From a virus (taxonomy: Duplodnaviria > Caudoviricetes): DNA of 54,579 nt. The translations under genes and the position numbers were made by a program. The stretch spans positions 1 to 54,579 of IMG/VR virus record IMGVR_UViG_3300044801_000147. One strand, written 5' to 3'. Shown in pieces: positions 1 to 7,585 of this stretch. Numbering within the stretch: position 1 is the first letter of the stretch; every line of letters starts with the position of its first letter. A model generated the notes under the pieces. The model saw only the letters and a program-made list of their open reading frames with translations. It had not been told where the DNA came from and searched no databases.

Positions 1-38
1 ATCTGAATCCGGAAGTTACCTGGCGGTTGGTTGGACTA

Positions 39-620
39 GAGGCGGCAGCCTCGTTGTTCGGCCGACTTCACCTAGCCCTGAAGTACCTCGGCACCTGTAT
101 AAATGCAGCAGGACGCTAGTGGTTAGTGGGAGTCAGGGTAATTTGCATAGCCCTAAGAGGGTGAAGCCGCTGGCTCCGACATTCGTCCGACGTGGTGCCC
201 GGCTCTAACCAGTCGTCGTTGCTTCTCCCTTCTGGGGAATAAGTACCCAGCAGGACGAAGAGGGGCAGTGCACTTGCCGAGGTTTTAAGATTAGCAAGAC
301 CGCAGGGTAGCTGTAGATTGGGAAGTCACAGCCAAGATTGCATCGGTGAAGTGCCCGCCCTGTGGGAACAAGTTTAGTAGCACGGCGATTGACAAGGATT
401 CCTAGATAGTTGCACCTTGTCGAGTATCGTGGTACGCTAGTAGACCACGGCGGACAGGCTACCCTACCGCATCTTCCTCCCCTTCTTTAGGGGGTGCGGC
501 GAATAGGGGCTCAACCAAGGCGGGCTGGCGGCTGAGCTTAAACAGTAAAAAACCCTGACCATTCGTTCAGTCCATATTTAGGAGGACAGTCATCCATGTC
601 CTCAAGTAGGGAAGTCGGCC
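39..620 (+). ncRNA. Large highly structured non-coding RNA candidate (family unassigned; may begin upstream of the window)
   Basis: No ORF. Nested long-range helices: 60-74/607-620, 132-139/552-559, 165-178/521-533, 304-314/454-465, 355-365/445-453, 381-397/415-431, 467-473/493-499, 582-588/597-603. Crossing 9-bp pairing 85-93/275-283. Strand assumed from G-U pairs and the downstream tRNAs. Confidence 0.6.
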
Positions 621-970
621 TGAGTTCGGGATGCATCGGAAGCACCTGAGGGGTAACCCGTAGAAGGTGGATGTGGGCTCGGGCCGCTTTACAAAGTTCG
701 GAGGCTCCCAGACCTCAAAACTGGGTGGTTGCGGGCGGGTGCGGACTTTTCCAATTTGCGAGAAAGAAGTCGCAAGATGGAGAGGAAGAAGAACTGGTTT
801 ACGTCAGAGCAAGGCAGTCGTTTGAGAAAAGCACAGATCGCGCCGTAGGCTTTGAGCCGGATGCAGAAGGGCCAGCGAGAGAATATGACCTTATTGGACG
901 GGAATATCTCGCATGTTCTCGAAAGAGCGTGATCGGGTCGGCACGACACAAAACCGACCCACGATTTTGA

Positions 971-1046
971 TGCGGGGTAGTAGCGCAGGTCAATACGAGA
1001 GGCCCATAACCTCTAAACGCCAGTGCAAATCTGGCCCCCGCAACCA
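971..1046 (+). tRNA. tRNA-Met(CAT), initiator-like acceptor stem
   Basis: Acceptor TGCGGGG/CCCCGCA-A-CCA. Anticodon stem AGAGG/CCTCT with loop CCCATAA. T-arm GCCAG-TGCAAAT-CTGGC. CCA encoded. Confidence 0.88.
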
Positions 1047-1157
1047 AGACATAATCCCGCCGCCTAGCTCGACTTGAAGCGGCGTGGGAGGGACCGAAGG
1101 GGAGTCGTAAGCGGCGACGGCCGATACAGGTAACAGCCTTCCTGTCCCGAAGAGTTT

Positions 1158-1297
1158 CGCAGCGGTGTGTTGTACGGTTACTTCTACATGAACCCAGAGG
1201 CGCTGGTCCGATTCCAGCCACCCCGACCAATGACGGGGCGTAGCTCAGTGGCAGAGCGCGGGGAAACGAAAACGCCGTGCAGATTATGTTCCCTGCG
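1158..1297 (+). ncRNA. YrlA-like (bacterial Y RNA) permuted tRNA mimic
   Basis: T-arm GCTGG-TCCGATT-CCAGC (1202-1218) precedes a loop-closed acceptor stem CACCCCG-accaatga-CGGGGCG (1219-1240) and a D-arm TA-GCTC-AGTGGCA-GAGC. All are enclosed by a terminal stem (CGCAG/CTGCG, TGTACGG/CCGTGCA). This is the YrlA arrangement. Confidence 0.7.
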
Positions 1298-1473
1298 GAT
1301 TCAGTTTTGAGGTCCCGTGGAGTTCGTAGGTCACTGACCCAACTCTTGGGATCAGCAATTCTCGGGAGCCAGTTCGAGCGGGTTAAGTCGGCATGGGCGC
1401 AGCCGAGCCTCAAAAGTTTGCCCGCCTGTGACGGCGAGAGCCTCTAATACAGTTGTCTTGGGGCGGGTTTGAA

Positions 1474-1657
1474 TTTCCGGTCGTGGCGAATAGACACGAT
1501 CCAAAAATAGAGCCGCTATGCCCTGCCGTTGAGAAACACGGTTCGGCTAGATTCGAGGGTATGCGAGTCATCTCACGAAGATGAGTTGATCCGCTCTCGC
1601 GAGAGACGGTAATCGAATCATGCTGGCGGAGAATCGGGCATCCCTGCCGACCGGAAA
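1474..1657 (+). ncRNA. Structured ncRNA candidate (~185 nt)
   Basis: Closing stem TTTCCGGTCG/CGACCGGAAA. Inner helices ATGCCC/GGGCAT, GATTCGA/TCGAATC, TCATCT/AGATGA. GNRA hairpin TCTC-GCGA-GAGA. Confidence 0.45.
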
Positions 1658-1683
1658 ACTTTGAAACACGGTATTTAAGCTGC

Positions 1684-2091
1684 ATGTACCGTGATCGAGA
1701 AGCCGGGAAGTTAAAACTTCAGGCTTACAAGAAAACAGCGGAATACAAAGCGAAACAAGCTGAGTACAGCGCTGAGCAGAGAAAGACCGAAACTTGGAAA
1801 GAACGTACTCGACGAAATGCAAGGGTGTATCGAGCGAAAATCCGAGCGGAAGTCATCGCAGCTTACGGCGGCAAGTGTAGTTGTCCTCGTTGCGACGTTA
1901 CAGATTCAAGATTTCTAACCTTGGATCATGTCAATAACGATGGTGCGCGGCACCGCGAGCAAGTTAAGGCAGGCGCTCAGGTCTATCTTTGGGCTAAGCG
2001 CAATGGGTATCCTGACAGCTTGCGCGTGTACTGCTGGAACTGCAACTGCGGTCGTCAATGGAACGGTGGGGTTTGTCCCCATCTTCAATGA
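1684..2091 (+). CDS. HNH endonuclease (putative free-standing homing endonuclease)
   Basis: YGGKCSC..C, LTLDHVNNDG, GYP, CWNCN motifs. GTATT motif 13 nt upstream of ATG. Confidence 0.85.
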   Translation: MYRDREAGKLKLQAYKKTAEYKAKQAEYSAEQRKTETWKERTRRNARVYRAKIRAEVIAAYGGKCSCPRCDVTDSRFLTLDHVNNDGARHREQVKAGAQVYLWAKRNGYPDSLRVYCWNCNCGRQWNGGVCPHLQ

Positions 2092-2264
2092 GTTTGAAGC
2101 AGGTCGAGGTTCAGCTAGAGCGAAAGCGGATAGCTAGTTCGGTAAGCCTAGTTTCAAATGGCGGAAGGTGCTTTCCCGTTCTCGGACGTAAACCGAGTGG
2201 TGGAACCCTGACGGGCGCAAATCCGCCGGGCCTACGTTTTGCGGTTCGGCAAAAACCGCACAAC

Positions 2265-2387
2265 ATGAGCGTGATCACCAGCGAGTCGTACTGTGCGACT
2301 TGCAATGAACTGGACAAGCAGTGCCAGTGTGAAGGTGCGCAGCGCCAGATTAGACTGCGCAAGCGTCAAGTACCAAGGAATCGCTAA
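2265..2387 (+). CDS. Small Cys-rich hypothetical protein (40 aa)
   Basis: ATG at 2265: MSVITSESYCATCNELDKQCQCEG..., with CxxC and CxC. Confidence 0.35.
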   Translation: MSVITSESYCATCNELDKQCQCEGAQRQIRLRKRQVPRNR

Positions 2388-2433
2388 TGACTTACACGTC
2401 CCAACTCGACCTGTTTACCAGCCCCTTTCGGGG

Positions 2434-2934
2434 CTAAGCAGTTGTGTGTTTGGGGGACGTAGCTGATGTGGTCTTAGCGCCCGCCTGAAAAACGGGAGAT
2501 GTCAGTTCGATTCCGGCCGTCCCCACCATCCTCTCCCTTTTCCTAGTGACCTTCCTGTGGCAGTTCGCGCAGCGAACTTCACATTTCTCGATTTCTTTCT
2601 GTAGCGTTTCTAACCTGTAACTGTTGTACACCAGATCGCAGATGTTGTACGCTTTCTTTCCCCTTACGTGGTCGAAATCCAGACAGACAGGATCAGACTC
2701 ATGGCAGTCAACGCAGCCATGCGTTTCTAAATAGGTTCGAACAAAATCTCGTTTCCTCTGCCAGCGTGCTCGAAACTGCACTGCATATTTTCGCTTTGAA
2801 GAAGGGAGGTTGTGGTGTACACCGTCGTATTTTGTTTTGCAGGTCTTGCAATAGCTATGACGAATCTGCTTGGCCCGGTTCCGCCAGTGGAATTGGCCTT
2901 CAGGTAAGTCATCCTTGCATTTTGTACAGATCAT
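2434..2934 (-). CDS. HNH endonuclease; its 3' end overlaps tRNA-Phe antisense
   Basis: N-terminal CTKC..YCKTC. C-terminal GCVDC..LDFDHV..EIEKCEVRCANCHR. Confidence 0.85.
   Translation of the reverse strand: MICTKCKDDLPEGQFHWRNRAKQIRHSYCKTCKTKYDGVHHNLPSSKRKYAVQFRARWQRKRDFVRTYLETHGCVDCHESDPVCLDFDHVRGKKAYNICDLVYNSYRLETLQKEIEKCEVRCANCHRKVTRKRERMVGTAGIELTSPVFQAGAKTTSATSPKHTTA
2453..2528 (+). tRNA. tRNA-Phe(GAA)
   Basis: GGGGACG/CGTCCCC-A-CCA acceptor. Anticodon loop CTGAAAA. T-loop TTCGATT. One C-A mismatch each in the anticodon and T stems. Confidence 0.88.
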
Positions 2935-2962
2935 TTCTCTTCAATACCTAGTATTAAGCGTC

Positions 2963-5900
2963 ATGGAGGGAAACACTCTGTCAGACGAACAGCCCATCGT
3001 AGATGCAACGCCTGCCGTTGTCCCTGCCAAGAAAGTCCGCAAGCCGCGTGTAAAGTCCGCGACACCCAAAGAGCCAAAGCCCAAAAAGGTAAAACCAGCC
3101 CGCGACCTGCGAACCGTGTTCCGCGAGAAGATCGCGGGCCTGACCCCCGAGAAGATCAAGAAGCCCTGGATGGCCGAGAAGGTCTTCAGGATCATAGACA
3201 ACGCGGCCGACCTTGAGGTCTGGGCCGAGAACGTCCTGTCCGACCCGTCCCGCTTCCACGCCTGGGCCGGGCGCAGGTGCCCCGTGCTCGCCGTCGACAC
3301 TGAGAACACCAGCCTGGACACCCGCATCTTCGTCGACTTCAAGCAGCTCGACAGCGGCGACTGGGCGCTTGTCTACGAGGTCAGGGTGGAGATCGCGGGC
3401 GTCTGCCTGTCGGCGGACGGCATCGAGGGCGTCTACATCCCGATCAACCACGAGAAGGGCGCGAACGTCCCGCGCGAGCACGCGGCCCGCATCCTCCAGC
3501 GGCTCTTCGACGGCTGCCACCTGGTCTTCTACAACGGCAAGTACGACCGCGAGGTCTGCCGCATCACCCTGGGCATCAGCTTCAAGCCGTACCCCCACTT
3601 CGAGGACGTCCAGGTCCTCAAGTACATCAACGACCCGAAGGCCGACCTGGGCGATAAGGGCAGCTTCAGCGGCGACGCAGGCGGCCTGAAGGCGCTGTCC
3701 GAGACCGTCCTGGGGATCGAGCAGATAGAGATCGAGGAGATCGCCAAGGTCCGCGCCCACAAGTTCGACCCCGCGACGGGCAAGAACACCCTCAAGATGC
3801 AGATCGTCCCCTTCACCTGGGTGCCGGTGGAGCTCGCGCTCTGGTACGCGGCGGCGGACGCCATCTGCACGTGGCTGCTCTGGGACAGGATGAAGGACCT
3901 GGCCAGGAGCCGCAGCCTCATCCACCACATCGACCACGAGCTCATCGACACGCTCTCCTACGTGGAGCGGCAGAGATTCCTGGTCGACGTGAGCCGCCAG
4001 CGCCGCACGGCCCGATGGCACGGCCGCGTGCTCGCCGACCTGAGAGCGAAGCTGGGCGGGCTCGCCGTCGAGGCGGGCTGGGCGGGCGGTCTCGCCGTCG
4101 AGGGCAAGGAGTGCAAGGACGCCTTCAACCCGGGCTCCCCGAAGCAGCTCGCGGGCCTGCTGTTCAGGACGCTCGGCTTCAAGCCATACATCACCACCGA
4201 CTCGGGGCAGTACTCCACCAACAAGGAGACGCTGGTCGAGCTGGTCAAGCAGTACCCGGACAACGAGTTCCTCAAGGCGCTCCAGGAGTACCGCGAGCTC
4301 GCGGCGCTCCACCCGGACAACCTGCGCTACGACCCGAAGGACAACTCCGCCCGCCTCTACCTCAAGCAAAACGTGGTGGCCGGGGGACGCCTCTCCGGGG
4401 CCGGGGGCACGTTCGAGAAGGACGGCGGCCTGGAGTGGAACCCGCAGGGTGTCAAGAAGCTGGAGCCCGACGACTTCTGGAAGGTGCGCGGCAACGTCCT
4501 GGAGCCCGACTCCGTGCCCGAGCACGAGATCGAGGAGCACCCCGAGTCCGACCTGCACCCGTCGTGCTTCCGCGAGGACAAGGGCGTCGTCGAGAAGGCA
4601 CCCGGCGTCATCAAGAACCACATCGGCCTGTACCAGGACTACGCCATCTGCCTGGTGCCGAAGTGCACGACCTGCAAGGACAAGTTCGGGGTACTGATCG
4701 AGGACACGTCGCTCGACGCGAACCAGGTGGTGAACCTGCGCGTGCTATTCAGGGCGGCGGACGGCTGGACCTTCTTCTCGATCGACTACTGCCTCGCACC
4801 CTCCACAAGATTGCTGACCTCCGACCTGCGCTGGAAGCGGGCGGATGAAATAGTCAAGGGAGAGGAGCTGATAGGTTTTGACGAGAACCCTCAGAAGTCT
4901 AGGTACGGTCGTCGAAGACTGAGAGGCTCTAACGTCCTCAGCACTAAAAAAGTCCGCCTGCCATGCGTTAGGATCACCACAAATTCAGGGTCATTCGTTG
5001 TTTCAGAAAACCACGGATGGCTCGTTGAAAGAGCCACCGGAGGCAGAAAACGAGTCCGTGGCAAGCAGGGGTGGACGATTTCTAAAGACCTGCAAGCCGG
5101 GGATAAAATAGCGCGGCTCTGCGACCCGTGGGAAGAGGACCGTAGTTATGACGCCGGATACCTTAACGGTTTGTTTGACGGGGAGGGTTGGGCAACCGCG
5201 ACAGGGGTCGGGATAGGGCAAAAGAAGGGGCCGGTGCTTGACAAGGCTAAACGGCTGCTTAGGGGAATGGGCTACACGGTATCCCACGACACCCCTAAAG
5301 ACGGGGTAGACGTTCTGCGCGTCCTCGGCGGCAGAAATGCCTCCTTGAGGTTTTTAGGCAGCGTCAGACCTGAACGTCTAATTAAAAACGCCAGGAAAAA
5401 CCTTTGGGAGGGGAAGACGTGCTCAAGCCGGTATACCGTGCCAGATGAGGTAATATCCGTAGAGCACGTAGGGGTTCAAGACGTAATCGCCGTAAAGACG
5501 ACAACCAAGACTTTCATCGCCGAAGGTCTGCTGTCGCACAACTGTAACATCGAGGTCCGCACGGCGGCCAACCTGTCTGGCGAGCCGGAGCTCCAGAACA
5601 TCTTCCTGTACGGCGACGGCGACCACCACGCGCTGACCGCGTCCAAGATTTTCCCCGAGTACAGCGACCCGACCTCCAAGATGTACAAGGCGAAGTCGCT
5701 CCGCGCCATCGCGAAGACTATCAACTTCGCGCTCCAGTACGGCGGCACCTCCCACGCGATCTACAAGAACATGGTCAAGAACGACCCGACCATCACGAAG
5801 GAGAAGTGCGACGAGATGGTCGCGAAGTACTGGGAGGGCGTGCCGAAGTTCAAGGAGTGGTGCGACGGCAAGCAGCTCAGGGTCCGCGAGAGCATGGTCT

Positions 5901-6967
5901 GCGAGACCAAGACCGGGCGCGTCATCGACTTCAGGTCCGCCATGGAGGCGAAGGGCATCCACGTGCCGTCCAAGGAGGAGCGCCAGAGGCTCAGCCAGTA
6001 CTACGACCTGAAGCGCGAGGCCAAGAGGGCGAAGGCGGACAAGGACGACGACAGGCTCGAGAAGTACGAGAACGCGGCGCAGCGGCTCTGGAAGAACCCG
6101 GACACGGGCGTGCGCAACGCGATCGACTACAACCAGTTCATCGGGTACATCCAGCGCGTGGCCGTCAACTGCCCCGTGCAGGGGCTCTCCGGGGACTTCA
6201 TGAGGATAGCCCTCAACCGCATCAAGAAGTGGATCGAGAGGGACCCGGGCGTCCAGGCCGTGTTCCGCCTGCACGGCTCCGTGCACGACGAGATAGACGT
6301 CTCCATCAAGAACGAGTACATCCCGTTCGTCCTGCCGCGCCTCACCAGGCTGATGAAGCTCCGCAAGTACCACGAGAGGGAGGGCTGGATCGTGCCGATC
6401 GAGTGCGACGCTGAGTACGGCCACTCCTGGGACGTGGACTACAACGTCACGGACAAGAAGGACCCCGCCGCCTACACCAAGGTCGAGTACTGGAGGAGCT
6501 ACGTGCCGAGCATGTTCTCCCCCGAGCTCTACACGAGGCTCTACCGCGCCCTGGTGTCCGGGGACGGGGCGAAGGTCGACCGCGCCAAGGAGTGGCTCAA
6601 GGTCAACCTGCACCCGAAAGCGTTCCAGTCCGCGCAGTGCCTATTCGAGACGAACGCGAAGGCGGGCTGGCCGCTCACCGACCCCAGGGAGATCAAGCGC
6701 GTCTTCGTCGCCCTGCTACAGCTCCACGAGTACTGGACGATCGACCACGTCCCCGACTCCGAGGACGCCGCGCTGGAGACCCTCGCGCAGTACGAGGGCC
6801 GCATGGGCATCTACGCCCGCGACGAGCGGTGCCCGGAGTTCGGCTACCTCGGCGCGATCCCGCTCGGCTGCAACGTGGTAAGGCCGACCCCGGAAATCCT
6901 CGGCGACGCGCCTGTTGAGTTCCTCCCGCTGGAGCCCCAGGAGGTGCAGCCTGCCCTACCACTTTGA
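2963..6967 (+). CDS. polA: DNA polymerase family A (3'-5' exonuclease + polymerase; no 5'-3' exonuclease), intein-containing
   Basis: ExoI AVDTE, ExoII YNGKYD, ExoIII YAAADA. FNPGSPKQL, GRLSG, motif A IDY|CNIEVR, motif B RAIAKTINFALQYG, motif C VHDEI. Start placed at ATG 2963 after the GTATT motif. Confidence 0.95.
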   Translation: MEGNTLSDEQPIVDATPAVVPAKKVRKPRVKSATPKEPKPKKVKPARDLRTVFREKIAGLTPEKIKKPWMAEKVFRIIDNAADLEVWAENVLSDPSRFHAWAGRRCPVLAVDTENTSLDTRIFVDFKQLDSGDWALVYEVRVEIAGVCLSADGIEGVYIPINHEKGANVPREHAARILQRLFDGCHLVFYNGKYDREVCRITLGISFKPYPHFEDVQVLKYINDPKADLGDKGSFSGDAGGLKALSETVLGIEQIEIEEIAKVRAHKFDPATGKNTLKMQIVPFTWVPVELALWYAAADAICTWLLWDRMKDLARSRSLIHHIDHELIDTLSYVERQRFLVDVSRQRRTARWHGRVLADLRAKLGGLAVEAGWAGGLAVEGKECKDAFNPGSPKQLAGLLFRTLGFKPYITTDSGQYSTNKETLVELVKQYPDNEFLKALQEYRELAALHPDNLRYDPKDNSARLYLKQNVVAGGRLSGAGGTFEKDGGLEWNPQGVKKLEPDDFWKVRGNVLEPDSVPEHEIEEHPESDLHPSCFREDKGVVEKAPGVIKNHIGLYQDYAICLVPKCTTCKDKFGVLIEDTSLDANQVVNLRVLFRAADGWTFFSIDYCLAPSTRLLTSDLRWKRADEIVKGEELIGFDENPQKSRYGRRRLRGSNVLSTKKVRLPCVRITTNSGSFVVSENHGWLVERATGGRKRVRGKQGWTISKDLQAGDKIARLCDPWEEDRSYDAGYLNGLFDGEGWATATGVGIGQKKGPVLDKAKRLLRGMGYTVSHDTPKDGVDVLRVLGGRNASLRFLGSVRPERLIKNARKNLWEGKTCSSRYTVPDEVISVEHVGVQDVIAVKTTTKTFIAEGLLSHNCNIEVRTAANLSGEPELQNIFLYGDGDHHALTASKIFPEYSDPTSKMYKAKSLRAIAKTINFALQYGGTSHAIYKNMVKNDPTITKEKCDEMVAKYWEGVPKFKEWCDGKQLRVRESMVCETKTGRVIDFRSAMEAKGIHVPSKEERQRLSQYYDLKREAKRAKADKDDDRLEKYENAAQRLWKNPDTGVRNAIDYNQFIGYIQRVAVNCPVQGLSGDFMRIALNRIKKWIERDPGVQAVFRLHGSVHDEIDVSIKNEYIPFVLPRLTRLMKLRKYHEREGWIVPIECDAEYGHSWDVDYNVTDKKDPAAYTKVEYWRSYVPSMFSPELYTRLYRALVSGDGAKVDRAKEWLKVNLHPKAFQSAQCLFETNAKAGWPLTDPREIKRVFVALLQLHEYWTIDHVPDSEDAALETLAQYEGRMGIYARDERCPEFGYLGAIPLGCNVVRPTPEILGDAPVEFLPLEPQEVQPALPL
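4790..5542 (+). mobile_element. Intein (251 aa) with one recognisable LAGLIDADG motif, in polymerase motif A
   Basis: Starts CLAPSTRLLT, block B VSENHGWL, YLNGLFDGEGW, ends FIAEGLLSHN followed by Cys+1. Lower GC3 than the extein. Confidence 0.95.
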
Positions 6968-7574
6968 CATCAACCCCAACGACGTGGAGGAGCTTGAGCC
7001 CTCCGAGCCCGTGGGGTGCTACGAAAGCATAGGGCGGGCGAGAAGCAAGCCTGGCCATACGTTCCTTTCCTGCAAGAAGCTCCTGAAGGACGAGGTCAAA
7101 AAGATCGCCCGCGAGCGTGACCGCATACACCTCGGGCAGAGGTCAAGCCGCCGACTGAGCAAGGACTACGACACGCTCGGCGTGGGCGCGGAGATGCAGG
7201 GCCAGGTCGACTATGGGTTCCCGTGGGACCCGAACAAGTACGAGTCGGGTGACGGCAGGATCGACTTTTTCTTCCCAGACGGAACGAGCGGGGACTGGAA
7301 GGCGGCCCACAGGTGCTACAACCTCCTGATGGAGGCGGACCAAAAGCACGCGGATATTTTGATCATCGGGCTGTGGCACGAGGACGACGTGTTCTGCCGC
7401 GTGGAATGGATGGGCTGGGAGTGGGGCCGAGAGCTGGAAAAGGTTGACCCCAAAGTGTTTAACGAGGAACAGCCCATCTGGGACCACTACCGGGCCGTCG
7501 ACAACCTCAGGCCCATGTCGGAGTTCCCGGCGAAGCCAATACTCCCATGCGGCCGCCTACCGGGCCTCAGGTAG
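6951..7574 (+). CDS. Hypothetical protein, possible PD-(D/E)xK nuclease fold
   Basis: GVGAE...GDGRIDF...GDWK pattern. Probable CTG start 6 nt after AGGAGG. Confidence 0.55.
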   Translation: MPYHFDINPNDVEELEPSEPVGCYESIGRARSKPGHTFLSCKKLLKDEVKKIARERDRIHLGQRSSRRLSKDYDTLGVGAEMQGQVDYGFPWDPNKYESGDGRIDFFFPDGTSGDWKAAHRCYNLLMEADQKHADILIIGLWHEDDVFCRVEWMGWEWGRELEKVDPKVFNEEQPIWDHYRAVDNLRPMSEFPAKPILPCGRLPGLR

Positions 7575-7585
7575 AGGCACAAATC

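Noticed and set aside
1-960. rRNA, RNase P, tmRNA or group I/II intron identity for the non-coding start
   Set aside because: I found no recognisable conserved signatures (RNase P GAGGAAAGUCC, tmRNA ends, intron P7 or domain V) and no flanking split exons. This was judged by eye only.
1234-1300. Ordinary tRNA starting CGGGGCGTAGCTCAG
   Set aside because: No anticodon loop, T-arm or CCA follows. The matching 3' half lies upstream, hence the YrlA-like call.
671-1822. Short ORFs over the ncRNA island (671-970, 799-1413, 1410-1685 and others)
   Set aside because: They lack the phage codon bias and any motifs, and they overlap a tRNA and strong RNA helices.
2870-2962. ORF-track upstream start extensions (polA 2870; also 13556, 19275, 22472, 38377, 47395, 51962)
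   Set aside because: Most overlap neighbouring genes or upstream motifs. Downstream starts with an RBS, promoter motif or stop-start coupling fit better.
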